This document shows, in pieces, positions 25,547 through 36,814 of a DNA stretch of 64,000 nucleotides. The stretch is from Mustelus asterias (taxonomy: Eukaryota), in NCBI RefSeq assembly GCF_964213995.1, contig NC_135826.1, positions 42,718,001-42,782,000 on the forward strand, given 5' to 3'. The notes below the pieces were generated by a model. It saw only the letters and a program-made list of their open reading frames with translations, did not search any database and was not told the origin of the DNA. Numbering within the stretch: the first letter of the stretch is position 1; every line of letters starts with the position of its first letter. The position numbers and the translations under genes were made by a program.

Positions 25547-25907
25547 GATAGGGTTTGGGTAAGATACTGCATCGGAGAGAGTCAGTGCAGACCCGATGGT
25601 TCAAATGTCCTGCTTCTGCACTGTAGAGATTCTATGATTCTGAGTCCTTCGAATTCAAGTTAACCTGCAACTTATTCTTTATAAGCAGAATTTTCCTTTT
25701 CTCTCACAGCTGCCTTCTGGAATTGATACACATTACATGCTACAGGAATTATCCCAGAAGCTATCTGAAATGATATGCCTAATAATATTTTCCCTGAGAC
25801 TTCACATACAAATCTAACAAATCCATTGGTACTTTTTAGTTTTCTAATTATACATTGTTTTTTAATGTCATAGAGATCTACTGTAAGTCAGTGAAATTTA
25901 CACAAGA

Positions 25908-26028
25908 ATGGCGAGCAGACGGATTACTCAGGAGACGTTTGATTCTGTAGTGCAAGAAAATATAACTGAGTTTGAAATGGAGCCAGAGGAGGCTCTGAAT
26001 GAAGCGATACAACAATTTGAGTCACAAG
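25908..26028 (+). CDS. ARMC6: ARMC6 coding exon 1 ([41 protein letters not shown])
   Basis: Hand translation matches the ARMC6 N-terminus; agaATGG start; donor AAG|gtgggt, phase 1. Confidence 0.92.
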
Positions 26029-26458
26029 GTGGGTGAAGTTTGGAATATTCAGAGTGAAAGGATCACACTGGGCCAAAACACGATGGAGACAGTAACATAA
26101 TGGTATTGTTACTCGGCTAGTGATCCACAAGCTAGCCTAATGCTTTGGAGAAATGAGTTCAAATCCCACCATAGTAGCTGAGGGAATTTAAATTCATTTA
26201 ATAAAACTGGACAAAAATGCTAGTTTCATTAAATTGTTGGATTGTTGTAAACGTCACCCTGGTTCACTACTGTCCTTTGGGGAGGACGTGTGCTCTCCTT
26301 ACCCGGTCTAGTCGACATGAGGGTGATTCTTGACTGCCCTCTGAAATAGTCTAGCAAACCACTCAATTGTAAGAAACCACTACAGAATGGGTGTGCCTAT
26401 GGGTGTACCTACATCATATGGACTGCAGTGGTTCAAGAAGGCAGCTCACCACCAGCTC

Positions 26459-28728
26459 GCAGATGACACTAAGATGGGTGGAAGAGCAAAGTGTGCAGAG
26501 GACGCTGAAAGTCTGCAAAGGGATATAGATAATCTAAGTGAGTGGGCGAGTGTCTGGCAGATGGAGTACAATGTTGGTAAATGTGAGGTCATCCATTTTG
26601 GTAGGAATAACAGCAAAATGGACTATAATTTAAATGGTAAAAAATTGCAGCATGCTGCTGTGCAGAGGGACCAGGGTGTCCTTGCGCAGGAATCTCAAGG
26701 AGTTGGTTTGCAGGTGCAGCAGGTAATTAAGAAGGTAAATGGAATTTTGTCCTTCATTGCTAGAGGGATGGAGTTTAAAAACAGCGAGATTATATTGCAG
26801 CTATATAAGGTGCTGGTGAGGCCACACCTGGAGTACTGTGTACAGTTTTGGACTCCTTACTTGATAAAGGATATACTGGCACTGGAGGGGGTGCAAAGGA
26901 GATTCACTAGGTTGATTCCGGAGTTGGGAGGGTTGGCTTATGAGGAGAGACTGAGTAGACAGGGACTATACTCATTGGAATTCAGAAGAATGAGGGGAGA
27001 TCTTATAGAAACATATAAGATTATGAAGGGAATAGATAAGATAGAAGCAGGGAAGTTGTTTCCATTGGCAGGTGAAACTAGAACTAGGGGGCATAGCCTC
27101 AAAATAAGGGGGAGCAGATTTAGAACAAAGAACAATACAGCACAGGAACAGGCCCTTCGGCCCTCCAAGCCCGTGCTGCTCCCTGGTCCAAACTAGACCA
27201 TTCTTTTGTATCCCTCCATTCCCACTCCGTTCATATGGCTATCTAGATAGTCTTAAACGTTCCCAGTGTGTCCGCCTCCACCACCTTGCCTGGCAGCGCA
27301 TTCCAGGCCCCCACCACCCTCTGTGTAAAATACGTCCTTCTGATATCTGTGTTAAACCTCCCCCCCTTCACCTTGAACCTATGACCCCGGTGAACGTCAC
27401 CACCGACCTGGGGAAAAGCTTCCCACCTTTCACCCTATCTATACCTTTCATAATTTTATACACCTCTATTAAGTCTCCCTTCATCCTCCGTCTTTCCAGG
27501 GAGAACAACCCCAGTTTACCCAATCTCTCCTCATAACTAAGCCCCTCCATACCAAGCAACATCCTGGTAAACCTCCTCTGTACTCTCTCCAAAGCCTCCA
27601 CGTCTTTCTGGTAGTGTGGCGACCAGAACTGGACGCAGTATTCCAAATGCGGCCGAACCAATGTTCTATACATCTGCAACATCAGACCCCAACTTTTATA
27701 TTCTATGCCCCGTCCTATAAAGTCAAGCATGCCATATGCCTTCTTCACCACCTTCTCCACCTGTGACATCACCTTCAAGGATCTGTGGACTAGCACACCC
27801 ATGTCCCTCTGCGTATCTACACCCTTTATGGTTCTGCCATTTATCGTATAGCTCCTCCCTACATTACTTCTACCAAAATGCATCAGGATTGAACTCCATC
27901 TGCCATTTCTTTGCCCAAATTTCCAGCCTATCTATATCCTTCTGTAGCCTCTGACAATGCTCCTCACTATCTGCAAGTCCTGCCAATTTTGTGTCGTCCG
28001 CAAACTTACTGATCACCCCAGTTACACCTTCTTCCAGATCGTTTATATAAACCACAAACAGCAGAGGTCCCAATACAGAACCCTGCGGAACACCACTAGT
28101 CACAGGCCTCCAGCTGGAAAAAGACCCTTCCACTACCACCCTTCTGTCTTCTGTGACCAAGCCAGTTCTCCACCCATCTAGCCACCTCCCCCTTTATCCC
28201 ATGAGATCCAACCTTTTTCACCAGCCTACCATGAGGGACTTTGTCAAACGCTTTACTAAAGTCCATAAAGACGACATCCACGGCCCTTCCCTCGTCAACC
28301 ATTCGAGTCACTTCTTCGAAAAACTCCACCAGGTTAGTGAGGCATGACCTCCCTCTCACAAAACCATGCTGACTATCGTTAATGAGTTTATTCCTTTCTA
28401 TATGCGCATACATCCTATCTCTAAGAATCTTCTCCAACAACGTCTCCACCACGGACGTCAAGTTAGGACTGAGTTGAGGAGGAACTTCTTCACCCAAAGG
28501 GTTGTGAATCTGTGGAATTCCCTGCCCAGTGAAACAGTTGAGGCTACCTCATTGAATGTTTTTAAGGCAAGGATAGATAAATTTTTGAACAGTAAAGGAA
28601 TTAAGGGTTATGGTGAGCGGGCGGGTAAGTGGAGCTGAGTCCACAGAAGGATCATCCATGATCTTATTGAATGGCAGAGCAGGCTCGAGGGGCCAGATGG
28701 CCTACTCCTGCTCCTAGTTCTTATGTTC
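26459..28728 (+). mobile_element. CR1 LINE 3' fragment interrupted by an oppositely oriented CR1
   Basis: RT ORF reads to ...KIRGSRFR at 27123 and resumes TELRRNFFTQRVV at about 28467. Confidence 0.88.
27124..28462 (-). mobile_element. CR1 LINE fragment nested in another CR1
   Basis: ORFs 28096-28497, 27870-28160 and 27368-27883 carry RT motifs; TTAG at both junctions. Confidence 0.9.
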
Positions 28729-28770
28729 TCAAGGGCAAATCATGACAGGCAGTGAATGCTGTGACAACCA

Positions 28771-29098
28771 GGGCGGCACGGTGGCACAGTGGTTACCACT
28801 GCTGCTTAACAATGCCAGAGACCCGGGTTCAATTCCCGGTTTGGGTCATTGTCTGTGTGGAGTTTGCACCTTTTCCCCATGTCTGCATGGATTTCCTCCG
28901 GGTGCTCTGATTTCCTCCCACAGTCCAAAGATGTGTGGGTTAGGTGGATTGGCCACGCTAAATTGCCCTTTAGTGTCAAGGGGACTAGCTAGGGTAATGT
29001 AATATGTGGGGTTACGGGGATAGGGCCTGGGTAGGATTGTGGTCGGTGCAGACTCGATGGGCCGAATGGCCTCCTTCTGCACTGTAGGGATTCTATGA
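28771..29098 (+). mobile_element. HE1-like V-SINE
   Basis: gggcggcacggtggcacagtgg...gggccgaatggcctccttctgcactgtagggattctatga. Confidence 0.88.
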
Positions 29099-29216
29099 CC
29101 ACATCCCAAGAATGGTTAACAAGAAGCATTGGCACCAGATATGTTAAAGATTTCGGTAAAGCAACTGATAACATGCGAGATTTTTAACTTTGGGATCTAT
29201 TTCCCTTTCCCTGCAG

Positions 29217-29296
29217 GTGTCGACCTCATTAATGTAGTGAAAGCTGTCCAGAATACAACTGCTGAAGCCAGTGACCAGAAGCATAATATCCTACAG
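29217..29296 (+). CDS. ARMC6: ARMC6 coding exon 2 (VDLINVVKAVQNTTAEASDQKHNILQ)
   Basis: Acceptor ttccctttccctgcag, donor CAG|gtgatg; 80 nt, phase 1 to 0. Confidence 0.88.
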
Positions 29297-30794
29297 GTGA
29301 TGGCAGTGTGTGAGACACTGCATGCCTCTGATGTATTTTAAATGTATCTCTTTATATTTTTTCTTAAAATGAAACTATCAAATGATAGGTATGTTTCTGT
29401 GGCGTCTATCTTCAAAGAGTCAGTTCCATTTATTTTGAAACAGCTTTTTTTCACCAGATAGTGTAGGCCCTGTGCTTTCAGCCCCATCCAAATCAAATGT
29501 CAGACTATTAGCCATATTGCTCGTGTTGAAGTCATCAGCCTTTTCACAAGCACTACTCTTCATCCTTCAAAAGTAATGTTCTTACTCTGCCTTAAAAAGT
29601 CCACCATCAAAACTTCCATTCTCTCCAGCTATTGCTTTATCTCTAACCATTACTTCTAGGATCTTGACTACTCGTCTCTTCCACCAGCCCCTGTCCAAAT
29701 CCCCGCAGGTCTATTCCCTGCCCTTATCATTACACCGAGACTGGTGGTCCAAGTCACAACCACAATCCTTCATGACAGTGACCTGGTCCCTTTATCCTCA
29801 CTTGATGTTCCTCCAGTCTGTAGCACCATTTCATTCTCCTGCACTGTTTCTCCTCTGTGACATCAATTTCACTTGGTTCTCCTCCAGCCCTGTCACATTG
29901 TAACCAGTAACCTGCAATGCTTTCTCTCTTCCTCCTTGCACAGATTTCTCAGGCATGCATAAAGGTTCCCTCTCCTATTTCTCATCTGCATCTTGCTCCC
30001 TTGACAACACTATTCTCAGCCTACCTTCCGCATACATGCAGACAAACCACTCCTGCTGCCCGATTGTTTGTCCAGCATCAACAACTTGAAATTCTGTGCA
30101 TGGAGCGAGTTTTCGATCATAGCCACACCCTGCTGAAACCAGAGGACAACAACATCTGTGCAGTCTCTCCACTTCACTGCTTTACATCTACCCATGTCTT
30201 GGTTACAAAGTGATGGAGAGCCTGGCTCAGGTTGCCAGTTCTTTGGGTGGACTGGTGATATTTTGGTGCAAATACCCAGGGAGAGGGAGATATCAGATGG
30301 GAGTCTTTGAGTTAGCTTCTTCATCCATCAATGTCCTGCTTCACCAGGTTGCTTGATTTCCTGTCCCTTTACATGTGGATTTTCATCAACAATCGTTAAA
30401 GAGGCTTTGACATCCAGTGGAGTATATTTGAAGTGTAGTCACTGTAATGGAGGAAACATGGCAGCCAATTCGCACACCAGCTTTCACAAACGGCAACTTG
30501 ATCGTGACTCGATTATATATTTTTTAATGATGTCGGTTGAGGGATAAATATTGACCAGAACACTAGGGAGAACACCCCGACTGTTCAAATTATGCCATGA
30601 GATCTTTTATATCTACTGGAGGGGGCAGACGGGGCTGCAGTTTAATGTCTCATCCAACAGTTGATATTCTAACAGTGGAACACTCCTGCAAAAATGTCTG
30701 GATTATATGCTCAAGTTTCTAGAGTGGGGCTAGAACCCACAACCTTCTGACTTGGAGGCAAGAGTGCTACCCACTGAGCCATGCTTCCACATTC

Positions 30795-30980
30795 CCAGGT
30801 TGAAGTCCAACAGGTTTGTTTGGTAGCACAAGCTTTCGGAGTGCTGCTCCTTCATCAGGTGATGAAGGAGCAGCACTCCGAAAGCTCGTGCTACCAAATA
30901 AACCTGTTGGACTTTAACCTGGTGTTGTGAGACTACTTACTGTGCCCACCCCAGTCCAACATCGGCAACTCCACATCATG
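30795..30980. mobile_element. Penelope-like palindromic remnant, family 1, in an ARMC6 intron
   Basis: Same arms; near-perfect direct repeat GCTTCCACATTC/GCTTTCACATTC (30783-30794 and 30981-30992). Confidence 0.75.
30827..30862 (-). ncRNA. Minimal hammerhead ribozyme motif, antisense to ARMC6
   Basis: The minus strand reads CAC-CTGATGA-A-GGAG-cagca-CTCC-GAAA-G-CTT^-GTG. Confidence 0.62.
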
Positions 30981-31789
30981 GCTTTCACATTCTGAGTGTG
31001 ACAATTCTGCTCCACCTCCAATTGGAAGAGAATTGGATGGGAAAGTCTGTCTGATCTGTTATTGCATGTTTTCTGGTGTGTATCCAAATGGGGTTTGATG
31101 AAGGGGAGATGCATGCTTCCCATGCTCTAGATGGGAGAGGTTAGCGACTCCATCAGAACTTGTGCATCAAGTGTTAACACCTTAAGTAAATATTCTTGGC
31201 AAGAAATAGTCTTAATGGCATTAACCATATCAATGTTAATAACTTTCCGATGGAGTCCTTGCTTGAGCCATTGGACGCTCTGGGCGTCACCTGGTATTTG
31301 GCAGATTGTTGGGGGGGGCGGGGTGGGGGGCGGGGGTGGATGGAATTCTGCTTAATTCATGTTTTCTTTTTGAAATAGAGCAAGTTATGTGATGAGCCAA
31401 AGTCAGTATTGGGCACATTGCCTTGATTCTTTGTTTCAACATGAGAATTGGTTGGGGTGGGGGAGGGTGGATGGTTTGGGTGGAATACTTTATTGTGACA
31501 CAAAGATTGCAACAGGGCAAATTGTCACAACTGGCATAGAGTCCCGTTCACCCATCTTTCCTGTGCTCGCTGCTTTCTGACCGATATTGCCTTTCAGTTA
31601 AACAATGCCTCAATTTTCAAAATTCCCATCCTTGTTTACAGATTCCTCGGTAGCCTCACTCCTCACTATTTCTGTAATCTCCAGCCCCACAACCCTATGA
31701 TCCTGTAAAGCGCCTCTGGACAGTTTACTGCATGCTATTTAACTACATTTTTTTATTGGCTGATTAAGCGATTACTTGTGTGTTTTTAG

Positions 31790-32360
31790 GTCCTCGATGA
31801 GCTTCAGAAAGCCCTGGATCTCTTAGCCCTTAACGAAATGGGGGATCACCTGACCAACTTCAGCGAGCAGTGCAGCCTGGACTTCGCTCACCGCCATCTG
31901 GCAGCTGAAAAGTCCGCCTATCCCACAGTCCTTTCCTCCTGCAAACAGCTGATGTCTGACACGCCCAGTCTGTTGAAGGGTGTCCAGGCCTTGGCTGCCC
32001 TGTTGGATGGCCAGCCAGACCTCCTTGACTCGGAGGGCCGGCAACTCCTTGTGGAGATCCTAAAGCAGCACCGGGACCACGCGGCCCTGACCACCGGGAC
32101 CATCCGCGCCATCCGTCACAGCTGCCTGAAACACGAGCAGAACCGCCAGGACCTGGTGCAGCTCGGGGTCCTGGCCTTGCTGGCGGGCGCCATTGTGAAC
32201 CATGGCACCCAGCCTGACGTGGTCAAGGAGGCGGGCAGAGCCCTGCGGGTCATGACCTTTGATGACGACATCCGAGTGCCCTTTGGCCGTGCCCACGATC
32301 ACGCCAAGTTGATCGTGATGGAGAACGATGGACTTCGTATCATCATTGAAGCTGCAAAAG
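31790..32360 (+). CDS. ARMC6: ARMC6 coding exon 3 (armadillo repeats; DGQPDLLD, CLKHEQNRQDLV, ALRVMTFDDDIRVPFG)
   Basis: Diagnostic ARMC6 motifs; acceptor tgtttttag, donor AAG|gtagaa; 571 nt, phase 0 to 1. Confidence 0.96.
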
Positions 32361-32671
32361 GTAGAAACTGCGACGGGAAACCCAGCCCTGATGAATAATG
32401 TTGTCACTAATATATCCAGAAGCTAAATGGTTACCACTATCAGGAAAGCCTGAGCAGGCTGGGACTCTTCTCAAGAGAAGGGTGGTCTGATAGAAGCACC
32501 TAAAATTATGAAAGGGTTTGACAGAATAGGGGAAGAGAAGTTATATCCACTTATTGGGGAGACCAGAACTATGGGCTGCAAATAAATCCAATTGTAAACT
32601 CGGCAGAAACTAGTGTGGTTAGAATGGAGAACTCAATACCAACTGGAATGTGTGAGAGGATAGTATAAAAG

Positions 32672-33005
32672 GGGGCGGCACAGTAGCACAGTGGTTAGCA
32701 CTGCTGCTTCACAGCTCCAGGGTCCTGGGTTTGATTCCCGGCTGGGGTCACTGTCTGTGTGGAGTTTGCACATTCTCCTCGTGTCTGTGTGGGTTTCCTC
32801 CGGGTGCTCCGGTTTCCTCCCACAGTCCAAAGATGTGCGGGTTAGGTTGATTGGCCAGGTTAAAAATTGCCCCTGAGATGCGTAGGTTAAGAGGGATTAG
32901 CAGGTAAAATATGTGGGGGTAGGGCCTGGGTGGGATTGTGGTCGGTGCAGACTCGATGGGCCGAATGGCCTCCTTCTGCACTGTCGGGTTTCTATCTTCT
33001 ATCTT
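32672..33005 (+). mobile_element. HE1-like V-SINE
   Basis: Full head, V-domain and CR1-type tail. Confidence 0.88.
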
Positions 33006-33396
33006 CTAAATGCATTTAAGGGGATGTCAGATAAACACAATGAGGGGGGTGGAATGGAAGAATCTGCTGGGAGGGTTAGATGAGGTGGCAAAGGAGACGT
33101 GTGGAACGTGATACCAGCATGGACCAGTCAGGGCAACTGGCATGTTTTACTGCTTCTATATTCTGTATAATTCTAACATTGTAGTCACAGGAACAGGAGG
33201 AATATGGTAATTTCACTAGAGATTGGGGGGATTGGCCTTATTAAAGGATATGATTGATAGGGGAATGAAATCTTTATCCAGGTTTTGCTTGGAGTGTTAG
33301 TACTAAGCATTCCTATTTCATAAATAACATTGAGCTCCTTCTATACTGCCTCATTAATTGTCTGCCTCAGTTCATAAATTGCTTGTGTTAGAAGCC

Positions 33397-33746
33397 TTGG
33401 GAGTGTTTGATGGGGACAGTGTAGAGGGAGCTTTACTCTGTATCTAACCCCGTGCTTTACCTGTCCTGGGAATGTTTGATGGGGACAGTGTAGAGGGAGC
33501 TTTACTCTGTATCTAACCCCGTGCTGTACCTATCCTGGGAGTGTTTGATGGGGACAGTGTAGAGGGAGCTTTACTCTATTTATCTTCGTCAGGTGAAGTT
33601 ACCTGATGAAGGAGCAGTGCTCCAAAAGCTTGTGATTTCAGATAAACCTGTTGGACTATAACCTGGTGTTGTGTGACCTCTCATCTTGTCCTGGGAGTGT
33701 TTGATAGCTTTACCCTATCTAACCCCAAGCTGTACCTGTCCTGAGA
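33397..33746 (+). repeat. 69-bp minisatellite (GGGAGTGTTTGATGGGGACAGTGTAGAGGGAGCTTTACTCTGTATCTAACCCCGTGCTGTACCTGTCCT), interrupted by a Penelope-like fragment
   Basis: Unit starts at 33399, 33468 and 33537 (69-bp period); a partial unit follows at about 33688. Confidence 0.9.
33584..33680 (+). mobile_element. Penelope-like fragment, family 1, hammerhead core mutated (GAAA to AAAA)
   Basis: acCTGATGAaggagcagtgctccAAAAgcttgtg...aaacctgttggactataacctggtgttgtg. Confidence 0.7.
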
Positions 33747-34431
33747 GCCCTTTATATAAGTGTGTTTGTGTTGTTGCTTGTATATTTGACTATGATCCAG
33801 TGCTCCCTATATGTTAATGTATGTGTTTGGTTATCTCTTTGTTTCTGCATGTGTATTTCTCTGCATCTATCTTTGTGTTTGTTGCTTTGCAGACACTGTC
33901 AGAATACGCATTCACGTGTAAGCTTAAGTAGTGAGTGCAAGAAGCTCTTCAGCATTGAGGAACTATCACTATGCCCAATCCTGTCCTCATTGTCTCAGAC
34001 CACTTGTAGGGCAGACCCACCATCACTACCCTGCCAAGACCAGCACAACCTTTTCAAATAGCTCCCTATCCCAATCCTGTCAGTCACTAGCTAAGCCTTT
34101 AGAACAGTTTGTAGACAGATTGAAGTTTTGGTTACAAAATTTGAGTGAGGAAAATTATTTTTTCCCCTTCCCACAACAGAAATAGAGTAACATGTTTCCA
34201 TACAGTTAAATAAGTCCCAGCTCTGAGCCTGCCATCAACTGAACAAATATTTAACATTTATACTTGCTGATGTAGCTCTGTCTCCTTCTGCCATGGCTTG
34301 GTGGAGGCACTCTCCCCTCTGAATCTGAAGATTGTGGGTTCAAGTTCCATTCTTGAGCACAGAGTTTAGACTGACACTTCCAATGCAGCACAGAAGGAGT
34401 GCTACATGTCTCTCATATGAGGTGTTAAGCA

Positions 34432-34852
34432 AAGAACAAAGAGAACTACAGAACAGGAACAGGCCCTTTGGCCCTCCAAGTCTGTGCCGATCATGATGCC
34501 CTAACTAAAATAAAATAAAACCTTCTGCCCTTACTCGGTCTATAACTCTCTATATTCCCTCCATATTCATGTACCATCCAGATGCCTCTTAAATGTTGCT
34601 AATGTGTCTGCTTCCACCACCTCCTCTGGCAGCGCGTTCCAGGCACCCACCACTCTCTGCGCGAAAAACTTCCCCCGCACATCTTCCTTAAACTTTCCCC
34701 CTCTCGTCCTGAACCTGTGCCCCCTTGAGATTGAAATTGAGATTTCCACCCTAGGAAAAAGCCTCTGACTATCCACCCTGTCTGTGCCTCTCATAATTTT
34801 GTAGACCTCTATCAGGTCTCCCCTCAGCCTCCGTCTTTCCAGTGAAAACAAC
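34432..34852 (-). mobile_element. CR1 3' fragment inserted in a Deu-domain SINE
   Basis: FSLERRRLRGDLIEVYKIM; SINE halves at about 34290-34430 and 34855-35130. Confidence 0.85.
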
Positions 34853-35144
34853 TTAGACCCTGTCTGCCTTCTCAGGTGAGCATAAAATATCCCACAGCCA
34901 CTATTTTAAAGAAGAAAAGGTGAGTTCTCCCTGGTGTCCTGCTCAAAATTTAATTCCTCAGCCAAATTTATTTATCACATTGCAATTTGTTAGAAATTGC
35001 TCTGTGCAAATTGGCTGCCACATTTCCCACATTGCAGCAGTGACTACAATTTTAAAAGAACCTCATTAACTGTAAAATGCTTTGGAACATCTTGAGCTCA
35101 TGCAAGGATCTGCTTAAATGCAAATTCTTCCTTTTCTCATTCAG

Positions 35145-35290
35145 CTTTCACGGACAATCCGTCTGTCCTCAGTGAACTGTGTTCCACACTGTCTCGCCTT
35201 GCTGTCAGGAATGAGTTCTGTCAAGACATCGTGGACCTTGGAGGCCTCAACTTCATGGTAGCCCTGCTAGCAGACTGCATCGAACATCGG
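35145..35290 (+). CDS. ARMC6: ARMC6 coding exon 4 ([48 protein letters not shown])
   Basis: Acceptor cttttctcattcag, donor CGG|gtacgg; 146 nt, phase 1 to 0. Confidence 0.93.
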
Positions 35291-35544
35291 GTACGGACCA
35301 GGTCCTTTCACTTTTCTCGAGAGAAGAGGGCTGAGAGGTGATTCTGAAAGAAGAATCGGAATTACAAAAACATTCATTGGGGTAGACATTGAGAGGAAGT
35401 TTTCACTTCTGCGAGAGGCCAAAACAAAGGGCCATAAGAGAGTGACTCATAAATCCAATAAGGAATTCAGGAGAAACTTCTTTACCCAGAGAGTGATGAA
35501 AATGTGAAACTTGCTACCACATGGAGGAAAATAGTTTAAGTACA

Positions 35545-36281
35545 GAGTATTGATAGGCAAAGGGATTTGGGTGTACAGGTACACAGGTCACTGAAAGTGG
35601 CAACACAGGTCACTGAAAGTGGCAACGCAGGTGGAGAAGGTAGTCAAAAAGGCATATGGCATGCTTGCCTTCATCGGCCAGGGCATTGAGTTTAAAAATT
35701 GGCAAGTCATGTTGCAGCTTTATAGAACCTTAGTTAGGCCGCACTTGGAATATAGTGTTCAATTCTGGTCGCCACACTACCAGAAAGATGTGGAGGCTTT
35801 GGAGAGGGTACAGAAAAGATTTACCAGGATGTTGTCTGGTATGGAGGGCATTAGCTATGAAGAGAGGTTGGAGAAACTTGGTTTGTTCTCACTGGAACGA
35901 CGGAGGTTGAGGGGCGACCTGATAGAAATCTACAGGATTATGAGAGGCACGGACAGAGTGGATAGTCAGAAGCTTTTTCCCAGGGTGGAAGAGTCAATTA
36001 CTAAAGGGCATTGGTTTAAGGTGCGAGGGGCAAGGTTTAAAGGAGATGTACGAGGCAGATTTTTTACACAGAGGGTGGTGGGTGCCTGGAACTTGCTGTC
36101 AGGGAAGCAGGTATGATACTGACTTTTAAGGGGCGCCTTGACAAATACATGAATAGGATGGGAATAGAGGGATATGGTCCCCGGAAGGGTAGAGGTTTTT
36201 AGTTAAGTCGGGCAGCATGGTCGGTGCAGGCTTGGAGGGCCGAAGGGCTTGTTCCTGTGCTGTAATTTTCTTTGTTCTTTG
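35545..36281 (+). mobile_element. CR1 LINE 3' fragment
   Basis: ORF 35619-36116; internal 22-bp tandem duplication at 35581-35624. Confidence 0.92.
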
Positions 36282-36814
36282 TACATTTAAGGAAAGCTGG
36301 TTAAATACTTGAGGGAGAAAGGAATAGAATGGTACTTTGATAGATATGAAGTAAGGCAGCAGAAAGCTTGTGTTGAGCATTAACACAGCGCAGTTTCTGT
36401 TCTGTAAATTCTATGTAATTCCTCTTAGAATGTTTTTTCTTCAGCTCTATTTCTCATCATTTCACTCTTCCTCGTAACCTTTTTTGTTAAATTATATAGC
36501 TGACATCATGTATAGGATCAGGAATTACTTGACAATGTGAATATGCAGTTGTGGGCGTGAGGGACACTTGCAATTATTTTATGTGATGGAGTTGAAAACG
36601 ACTCTCACTCAAACTTAAAGGAAATAAAAATGGCTAGCTGGAAACCTGCTTGGGTAAATGTCCATTAGCCCTGACTGCGAGGTCTCGTCAATGGAGGAGA
36701 ACATTCAAGCATTATAGTGCGCGTTGTAGTCCTGTAACTATCCCAACATGTGACATCTTTCTCCTTTTTGTCCAACATTTATATTTAGTGATTTCACTTA
36801 GCAAGTATGCTAAG

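Noticed and set aside
26387-27196. 269-aa ORF as a domesticated RT gene
   Set aside because: Chance in-frame chimera of a SINE tail, a CR1 fragment and an antisense CR1 tail.
33397-33746. CRISPR-like appearance of the 69-bp repeats
   Set aside because: Head-to-tail units without unique spacers, in a vertebrate intron; this is a minisatellite.
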